Below are positions 48,801 through 56,870 of a DNA stretch of 56,870 nt, piece after piece. Position 1 is the stretch's first letter; each line of letters opens with the position of its first letter. The stretch comes from Klebsormidium nitens (lineage: Eukaryota > Plantae > Klebsormidiophyceae): positions 1 to 56,870 of the forward strand of contig DF237050.1 in assembly GCA_000708835.1 (NCBI GenBank), given 5' to 3'. The notes below the pieces were generated by a model that did not search any database, had not been told where the DNA came from, and saw only the letters and a list, made by a program, of their open reading frames with translations. A program made the translations under genes and the position numbers.

Positions 48801-51800
48801 AGGGCAAGAAGGTCATCACTTTGGACATGGGTCTGCTGGTGGCTGGTACAAAGTACCGAGGAGAGTTTGAGGAGCGGCTGAAGAAGCTGATGGAGGAGAT
48901 CAAGGCCGCGGATGACATCATCCTCGTGATTGATGAGGTGCACACGCTCATTGGTGCGGGTGCTGCAGAGGGCGCCATCGATGCGGCCAACATTCTGAAG
49001 CCCGCTCTGGCGCGTGGAGAGCTGCAGTGCATTGGTGCCACCACGCTGGACGAGTACCGGAAGCACATTGAGAAGGACCCTGCCCTGGAGCGGCGGTTCC
49101 AGCCTGTGACAGTGAGATTACTCAAACGATTATTTGTTGGATGGATTTTGGAACATGTCAAGCAACGAGTTTGGAGAAGGTCATTGCTGACAGGCGATGA
49201 TGTACATAACATTCTGCGGCAATTTTGTTCCTGGGAAGGAGCTGGTGGTTGCCTTACAGGCTTTTATCCATCTGGTCGTGTAGTCTCGCCAGAGATGGAA
49301 CGTTATCAGCGCTTTAGGTTGCATGAGCTGCAAAATGTAGACAAAGGAAACATACAAGCGGCAAGAAATTTCGATAAGTGAGACTTGTACTCAAAGCTTT
49401 TTTTCTTTCACAGGTTCCCGAGCCGTCTGTGGAGGAGACAGTGGAGATCCTGAAGGGCCTGCGCGAGCGGTACGAGATTCATCACAAGCTGCGCTACACC
49501 GACGAGGCGCTTGCCGCCGCCGCGCAGCTCTCCTACCAGTACATCAGCGACCGTTTCCTGCCCGACAAGGCCATCGACCTCATCGACGAGGCTGGGTCCC
49601 GCGTGCGCCTGCAGCATGCACAGCTTCCCGAGGAAGCGCGCGAGCTCGATAAGCAGCTCCGTGCGCTGACCAAGGAAAAGAACGACTCTGTGCGTGACCA
49701 GGACTTTGAGAAGGCGGGCGAGCTGCGGGACAAGGAGATGGAGCTAAAGACGCAGATTGCAAACATCATTGAGAAGAGCAAGGAGGGGCAGAAGGCGGAG
49801 CTGGAGGCTGGGGATACCGGCCCGATGGTGACGGAGGCGGACATTCAGAAGATCGTGGCGGCGTGGACGGGCATCCCTGTGGAGAAGGTGTCGGCGGACG
49901 AGGGCGACAGGCTGATGAAGATGGAGGTGAGGGGTTGTGAAGTTGGAGGCAGACTTCCGCTTGACACTTAGTATCTCGTGCAGTAGAGTTGTGTGCAGCT
50001 GTGTGTGGAGGGTTGGTTCCGTTTTTGGTCCTTGGGTATAGGACAATGAGGCGCGTTTCTGACTGGATGCCATGTGTGGTTGCTGAGACAACTACGAGTT
50101 CTCGAGGCTTCTTGAGGCACTGCTTCTGAATGTCAGGTTGCTCTGCTCAAAATTGTGACGGGTATTATTTTTGCAGATCTTTGTGCTGAAGCTTTTGTCC
50201 TCTGTTTGTGCAGGGAACGCTTCACCAGAGGGTCATTGGTCAGGACGAGGCCGTGAAGGCTATTTCTCGTGCCATCCGGCGTGCGCGTGTGGGTCTCAAG
50301 AACCCCAACCGGCCCATTGCCAGCTTTATCTTCTCTGGGCCTACTGGTAAGTGCTTGCATATAAGGTGACCGGTCTAGTCTGCGTGCAGCATCACAAATT
50401 GAGTGACTGCTTTGAGGACGTTGTACGTGCCAGCTTTGGTTAGGCTTTGCAAAATGAATCTAGTGCTCGCATGTCTATGTCATGCTCCATTCCTACCTCA
50501 TGCTCTAGGGCGTTGCCAGCGGTCTCTTGTGGTCAGAACCAAAACAGTCTATTCTTCTGCTATTGCTTAGAAACCGAAGGCTCAGCCTGCCCTTCTTTTG
50601 TATCAAAACACAAGCATGGCTTACACCTGCGTCATACACTGCCAGGTGTCGGAAAGTCCGAGCTGGCCAAGTCCTTGGCCTCTTACTACTTCGGGTCAGA
50701 GGAGGCGATGGTGCGTCTCGACATGTCCGAGTTCATGGAGCGGCACACGGTGTCCAAGCTGATTGGGTCCCCCCCCGGTTACGTTGGCTACAGCGAGGGC
50801 GGCCAGCTCACGGAGGCGGTCCGGCGGCGACCATACACCGTCGTGCTGTTCGATGAGATTGAGAAGGCGCATCCCGATGTGTTCAACATGATGCTTCAGG
50901 TGGGTGCTCGGAAGTTTGGATGGGAATCCATTTATCGAAGAGCGTGGCAGGAGAGTGGGACCAAGCTGGCAAGGATGGATTACAAAGATGTGCATCCAAG
51001 TCTGCAATATCAAGGCCGGTTCGTGTATCCGAGAATGTCGATGGGTGTTCGGCTTTCAGATGACAACTAAGGACGTTTCTCAAACCTTTCACACAACTAA
51101 ATAGTGAAAAGCGATAAATAGTGAAAGCGACAAGTCGACCCTCGCTGTTTGCAACATTGCTGAGGAGGAGAGATAGGTCAAGTTCGTGAGTCCTATTGAT
51201 TTTCTGACTTCGCTGTTTTTAGAGGGACGGTGAGCTCACTGTTGAATCTGCTGCCTGCAGATTCTCGAAGACGGGCGGTTGACGGACTCGAAGGGGCGGA
51301 CTGTGGACTTCAAGAACACGCTGCTGATCATGACCTCCAACGTGGGCAGCAGCGTCATTGAGAAGGGCGGCGGTGGCCTCGGCTTCCAGCTGGACAGCGA
51401 CCCCGTCGACAGCAGCTACAACAGGATTAAGAACCTGGTAAGCTTGGCACTTGTCTTGTTTGATTGCTCGACCTCGCTTGTCATCTTTTCAATGTAACGT
51501 CATCATTTGCAGTCTGTGGGATTCTCTGACGGGATGAGAATTCAAAGAGTTAGAAAGAGTTGGTTTTGTCCATCATTCGTTGATGATTTGAACAATGATT
51601 TGAACGATGAAAGAAAGCAAAGCTCTTCAGACTGAGGGAAGAAAAGCCATATGAGAGGGTGGTGTTGTGTTTTGTGGTGGTGGATGTGCTTGAGAGCTTG
51701 TTTTTTAAGAGCTCCACACATGGCCCCTGTTACCTAAGAGATCTGGTCTCGTTTCCTTTCTATTCCTGCGGGTTGCTTAGCGTCTATCTGGCCTGATAGA

Positions 51801-52669
51801 AGATTCAGTATCTTGCAACATGAAATGCACACTCTGACGTGTCGTTGCCTGGTGCTTCTGCAGGTGAACGAGGAGCTGAAGCAGTACTTCCGGCCCGAGT
51901 TCCTGAATCGGCTGGACGAGATCATCGTGTTCAGGCAGCTCACCAAGCTGGAGGTCAAGGAGATTGCCACCATTATGCTCAAGGAGGTCTTCGGCCGCCT
52001 TGAAAAGAAGGGCATTGACCTCCAGGTAAGCCTCCTGAAAATCTGTGACTCCAGCTTGTAGCGCGCCCTTCTTCTTGCGGAGGGATCGAAGCCCGATCAT
52101 GCGTTAATTTGCAGAGGGAACCGACGTACGATTGGGGCTTCTGCAGTTCGTTAGTGGCCTGTGAATAATGGACTTGTGCAGGCCAGCTGTGGGTTTGGAA
52201 GGGTCACTTGCATTTCCGGAGTTTTCCTGGAGGAGGCACGAGTTTACGACTCTGTAGAGAAGAGTCGTCAGTCGTCCTCAAGATATGCTTCGAGCGTACG
52301 TTTCTCCTTTCCCTTCTTCCAAGTCGCACCCCTACGGCCTGATCTGGCATTCTCCAATTGCGACCCCCAATGTGCGCGTCAGCAAGCGCAAGCACTTACT
52401 GATTTCTACTGGTGCAGGTCACGGAGAGGTTCCAGGACCGCGTTGTAGATGAGGGGTACAGCCCCAGCTACGGAGCCCGGCCGCTGAGGCGTGCAATCAT
52501 GCGACTGCTGGAAGACAGCATGGCGGAGAGGATGCTTTCCGGCGAGATTAAGGAGGGCGACTCCGCCATCATCGATGTTGACGCCAGCGGAAACATCACG
52601 GTGCTCAACGGCAGCACTGGCACCGCCTCCACCATCGAAGTAGATTCACAGCCTGCTGGCATCGCATAA
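45813..52669 (+). CDS. CLPC: Chloroplast ATP-dependent Clp protease ATP-binding subunit ClpC (Hsp93), 10 exons
   Basis: Exons 45813-46419, 47020-47135, 47750-47875, 48626-49111, 49414-49926, 50214-50346, 50646-50899, 51261-51437, 51864-52025, 52418-52669. Motifs [32 protein letters not shown], Walker A1 [24 protein letters not shown], Walker A2 [39 protein letters not shown], preceded by a transit peptide. Confidence 0.98.
47572..47688 (+). repeat. Degenerate ~26-32-bp minisatellite, about 4 copies, in ClpC intron 2
   Basis: Units resembling TGTTTGTT(T)GTGCAGCGATGATGAAAGTGG start at ~47572, 47604, 47633 and 47659. Confidence 0.8.
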
Positions 52670-54730
52670 GGTCGAAGAGCCCACTAGCGATAATACTTTT
52701 GCACGGGCAGGCTAGGTTAGCGCACTGGAAAAGAGCGGGTGTCTGGGCGGTTGGTCTGTAATAAGGGCATGTTAGCTTGGTCTGCCCGTGCTCATTGCGA
52801 GGGGGACGATTGATATCCATTCTTGACAACTTTCAAAACAGCAAATCTGACTGGATGGCATAGGAGTCTTGAAGGACGTCCAAGGTAGTTGTGCAATATG
52901 TAGTTTATGGAGCGTGACCATTGAAACCACGTCTTCTTGTTGGACCGATTTGCGCCTTATGCCAAGGGTACTTTATAACATGTCAGTGCTTGGGCTGGAA
53001 TTCGTGGGCGGTTTTCATGCAAAATGGAATCGTTCTTGTCGTTGATAACATACCTTACAGGTGTGCCCTGCATCTTCGACCCAACATATACCCTTTCAGG
53101 ATGTTGGTCATAAGATATGACGGTCGATTCACAACCAGTATTGTCGGTGAAAGATTGTTTCAATACTTTCAGCACTTTCGTTGAAGCCGGAGGCTACATA
53201 TACAATGGCCAATGCTGAGGCTTTCCCAAGCCGGCTGGACTGGAGCTGTTTACATGCATGTGCATCAGTGAGACCTGCTTGCAGACGTCAATAGCTCATA
53301 TACGTAGTCCAAAACACAATAAGAAAGATATATGACCTCGTGGTCTGTATACCTGATAGTTACTCAAGAAGAGTGACAAAAGCAGTCATGCAAGCTCGGC
53401 AAACCCGCCCAGCTTGTCTGGGGATAGCTGGGCCACCGTGCTCTTTCATTACGGTCGGACGATTGCTTCGTGTCTGCTTGTGTCCATCAAAGAGGAGTCG
53501 GTACGCACTCTTACCTTCTCAATGCGCGCGCATGGTCAGGGCGCTGCAAAGAGCAAGCTATTCGATGCACAACGACTACAGTAAGTTTTGTCATGCAGTT
53601 ACGTCAGCCAGACTCCACTGCCACGGGTTTCAGTGTTTAAAATTGACGGATTGACGGGATGACAGATCCATGGACTGCTCAAGACTCGGAGTCTTTCAAA
53701 ACTGGTCAAGCCGGTGACCCGGGACCAGCTTACCTGATAGCACTTGCTTGTTGGATGTTCTACATGTGCTCTCCTCGAGATTGAGCTCGGGCCGCCGTTG
53801 TCTATCGCCAAGAAGCCGCGGAGCAAGCTCGGCTCTCGTGGGAGGGGTTCCCTTTTTCCTGGGTCCAGCGTTGCGGCAGAAGCAAACCAGAAGAAAGGGT
53901 CACACAATTTGAAAAAGAGCTCTGCATCAGATGCGGTCCCCGAGATGGAGGGCCAGACGAGTTAGGGCCCTGGATCCTTCTCAGGTCTTAATGAAATATC
54001 GACGCAAGTACAGCACGTGACGGGCAATCCTTTAGCTGGTCATTGCTGGTAAGCGTTGCATCGAACCTATTTGACCTTCCCACCGTCAACTAAAGGGATT
54101 TTCTTGGAAGCAAATGCCAAAGATCGGCCTAATTCTAATCTGAACTCCCCAGTCCTTTGGAAACCTTTTGGACCTTGGAGCTCGGGATGGTTTTTGTGAC
54201 CCGCAGTAGCGATCTTGATTTCTGCTCTTCTATTGGTCTGATCCAGTTTAGGAAAGACTCCGGCCCGTCTTTAAGTGCAACTGGTGAAGCAGCGAATGGG
54301 GCATTTTGGAAATACAGCATGTACATGTAAAGGCGACAAATTCGAAATTCTGATGACGAGCATCATCGGCTCAAATCATCAGAAGCTGCTATTACAGGTT
54401 AATGCCTCAACAGGCAAGCTTTCATCGAGTCTCCGTGAAGCAATGTACAGTATACGTGAAGCAAGCTTGCTGATCTTGTTTGACTGCCATGGAGCATTGC
54501 GATGTGACCGTCTAAAAGTGTCCACCCCACGAAAAAAGTGCCCCTTAACGCGTCATTCAACTTAGGCGACTAAATTCGTCCCTCTTTTTTCCTCTGAGGT
54601 GTTCTCCGCAACGGCTCGCTTTCTTGACACTGCTCTTCCTGAGCATTGCATGGCTCGGTTCGAGAAAGCCCAATCTGTTTCCCCAATTGTTTGCAGATAT
54701 TTGTTAAGAGAGTCCGCTGCTTTTCGCACC

Positions 54731-56870
54731 ATGGCTGCAAATTCGGTCTTCGTCGGAGGCGTGCCGCCCATGTGCGCGAGCTCTGAGCTCGCGCTGAGCA
54801 TTGTCCAGGCAATCCGCACAACCACCGGGCTCAAACCCAAAGAGTGCACGGCGCCCGAGCCGAAATTACCTGGCCGCGCGCGCTTTGCTTTCGTCACCTT
54901 TCGATCCGAAGAAGAAGCGCGCGAGTGCATCCGCTACGACCAGCACATCTACCTCGGGGGCGTGTCTCTGACGGTCAGGGCTCGCCGGAACGGAACGAGG
55001 CGAACGGAAACGGAAGAGGACAAAGTGAGACTAGACAGGGGGGTGCGGCTGGAGATGGGACATCTGACGGGTCCGAGAGAGGTTTGCGTGACGTGGAAAG
55101 CGAACGGAACGGACGGAACGGACGGATTGAAAGGGGCGCCCAAGGAAGTGGCTCTCGAAGCAGACTTTTCCGCCAGAAGATTGAGTCTGGTCGTGCGTTG
55201 CGCGGATCACGACCGGGGCTCGTCAACCGGGGAAGAACCAGAACCAACATCCCCCTTAGAGGAGGTTTTGGGACGGTTGCTCCATTCCGGGAAGAGAAGC
55301 CGGTCGGAATACAGATGGAGTTTCTCTTCCGTGATATTTCGGACGTCAGAGAGATAATGGGCCAACGGTCGGGGCAATGGAGGGCCGCCGTCGAAGGACT
55401 GATTATCGACGTCAGGAGCCCCCCCCGGTGTTTCTTCAGACTGGAAGCGGATTTAGACCCCCTAGTAGGGTACGTTTGCAGCGGCACTGGCAGCAGCCCA
55501 CAGGCTTCCACGTGGCGGGAGGAAGACGAATGGTCCAGGACCGTCGATTTCACGGGCAACGACAGCATCGGACGGTCGTTCTGCTACGTCCTCTTCTTCC
55601 CTAACGACGAGACCAACCGAAAGATTGCCCGGGAGTTGTGTCGAGGGTTCGGCCGCTTCCATCTTTTGCGACACGCGGTCTCTCTTGACCAGCTCATTAT
55701 GCGCGAGTGGGAGCACTGCAGGCGGGGCGCGGTCCAAACCCCGGAGGTTTCGTCGTTTCCGACAGTGCACGGCATCCGCGGCGTTCTGTTTCACCTCATG
55801 TTTCAGGTAAATTCAAATGCTCTGGGCTGCTTGCTTTTTGAATTGTTCCTATTTCTCCTGTATCTGCCTGGTCTTTTGCCTTCTGAGATTGATACAAACT
55901 GTGACAATGAAAGTTCATCTAAGAATTTCATGGGAGCCCATGCCACAACCATGGAATCGATTCTCAAAGCGACGGACACCTTTTTGAACAGTTTCCCTGA
56001 TTCGGCTGAGCGCTAGATTGGTCGTTTGTTACGAAGCATCTGTTCTAAGCGAAGCATATGCCTCATATGGTACTGAGGCATGAACCTTTGACCTTATTCT
56101 AGTATGTAATGATTTGTAGCACCCGTTTGGAAGAATCGGCCATTCAAGGCAAACTTATTTCCTCTCGCGAACCCCGAAATCCAGCGCAAGAGAGCCATCA
56201 CTCCACCTCAAAAGCGAGTCTCAAAATTCACAAGGAACGCCAATTGCAGCCACCCAATCTTTTTCTCGCATACAGGTGCAACAGCTTGTGCAACACGGGG
56301 TGGTTGCCGAGAGCGCGCTCGCACGCGACGCGCGCTTCTACGCGCAGCTCCTCCCCGCCTCGTGTTTTGAGGAACAGATCGCGGAGCGCGCGCTCAAAGA
56401 GATGGTGGGTAGTTCCGCCTACATTTTCCGCCCGGCGGAACGGCTCTCAGAGATCCGCCGGAAGCTCCGGAGGGGTGCACAACGACCGGTCGCTCTGCTC
56501 GACAAACCTGCCCCCGTCGCTCGTTTCCGTCAGGCGGTTAGAGGTAACCCCGACCAAGGTTTACTGCTTGGGGCCAGAAACCGGGTTAGCAAACCGGGTT
56601 ACTCGGAAGCTGGGTGGGGCCGACCAGTTGATGCGTGTCACGTTCCGAGACGAGGGCGGTGGACAGCTGTCATCCCGAGCGTTGCAGTCAGACGAGTCCG
56701 AAGATAAGTGGAGCGATGGGGGAGCGATGTGTACCATCGTATCGAAGCTTTCCTGAGGGACGGCTTTGTTAGAAGTATTTGCGCACTGCCACTCGGGCTA
56801 CACTGGCGCCAGTGTAGCCCGAGTGGCAGTGCGCAAATACTTCTAACAAAACTGCGGCGACCGGACTGGG
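54731..56870 (+). pseudogene. RDR: RNA-dependent RNA polymerase (RDR1/2/6-type), 5' part, disrupted in this sequence and truncated by the window end
   Basis: N-terminal RRM-like segment (SVFVGGVP...RFAFVTF), then MEFLFRDI, SPPR, EDEWSRTVDFTGNDSIGRSFCY, LFHLMFQ, intron 55807-56275, VQQLVQHG, LVSVRRLEVTPTKVYCLGPETGLANRV, MRVTFRDE, VYHRIEAFLRDGF, in the conserved RDR order. Three frame changes are needed (~55314, ~56500, ~56720), and a palindrome interrupts it at 56765. Sequencing error is not excluded. Confidence 0.75.
56765..56850. repeat. Perfect 86-bp palindrome (2 x 43 bp, no spacer) inside the RDR coding region
   Basis: TTTGTTAGAAGTATTTGCGCACTGCCACTCGGGCTACACTGGC (56765-56807) is followed immediately by its exact reverse complement (56808-56850). 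Confidence 0.97.

Noticed and set aside
39529-52669. Functional link of ASS (arginine) and ClpC via bacterial phospho-arginine degradation tagging
   Set aside because: No McsB-like kinase is present and adjacency in a eukaryotic genome is weak evidence; treated as coincidence.
53599-54326. Short ORFs between ClpC and RDR
   Set aside because: Under 105 aa, with no recognisable domains and no consistent exon chain.
55193-55314. A 122-nt GTGCGT...TACAG intron that would remove the first RDR frameshift
   Set aside because: It lacks the pyrimidine tract typical of other introns here, would delete the conserved E-Y-R before MEF, and does not explain the other two shifts. Not excluded without RNA-seq.
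28566-56870. Idea that the LOTUS/RING gene and the RDR form an RNA-silencing gene cluster
   Set aside because: They are ~18 kb apart and separated by housekeeping ASS and ClpC; no evidence of functional clustering without synteny data.
1-56870. CRISPR arrays, rRNA genes, intact transposase or RT genes
   Set aside because: No regularly spaced repeat-spacer arrays, rRNA signatures or transposase/RT catalytic motifs were recognised.

Overview
Intron-rich eukaryotic nuclear DNA with plant-type genes; gene content and GT-GC-rich splice sites point to a streptophyte green alga, possibly Klebsormidium-like (inference). By splicing exons manually and checking phases I reconstruct: (1) LESV, the Trp-rich starch-granule protein (+, 1743-6950); (2) an ETO1/EOL-type BTB-TPR protein (+, ~8483-16808) with a ~175-aa insertion in its BTB domain; (3,4) two tandem paralogues of ~435 aa that fuse an unannotated domain resembling bacterial DUF1444/YtpQ to a C-terminal MYND zinc finger (+, 19064-21723 and 23582-26242); (5) one 13-exon gene of ~1448 aa with ankyrin repeats, CCCH finger, RRM, OST-HTH/LOTUS and C-terminal RING-HC (-, 36905-28566); (6) plastid argininosuccinate synthase (-, 44933-39529), head-to-head with (7) plastid ClpC (+, 45813-52669); (8) an RNA-dependent RNA polymerase gene running off the right edge, with three apparent frameshifts and an 86-bp perfect palindrome inside the coding region. 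An unidentified reading frame runs off the left edge next to a cluster of hairpins. No rRNA, confident tRNA or CRISPR array was seen. Family assignments rest on remembered motifs, not database searches. The strongest leads are the DUF1444-like-MYND pair, the RNA-binding E3-ligase architecture, and the disrupted RdRP with its palindrome.
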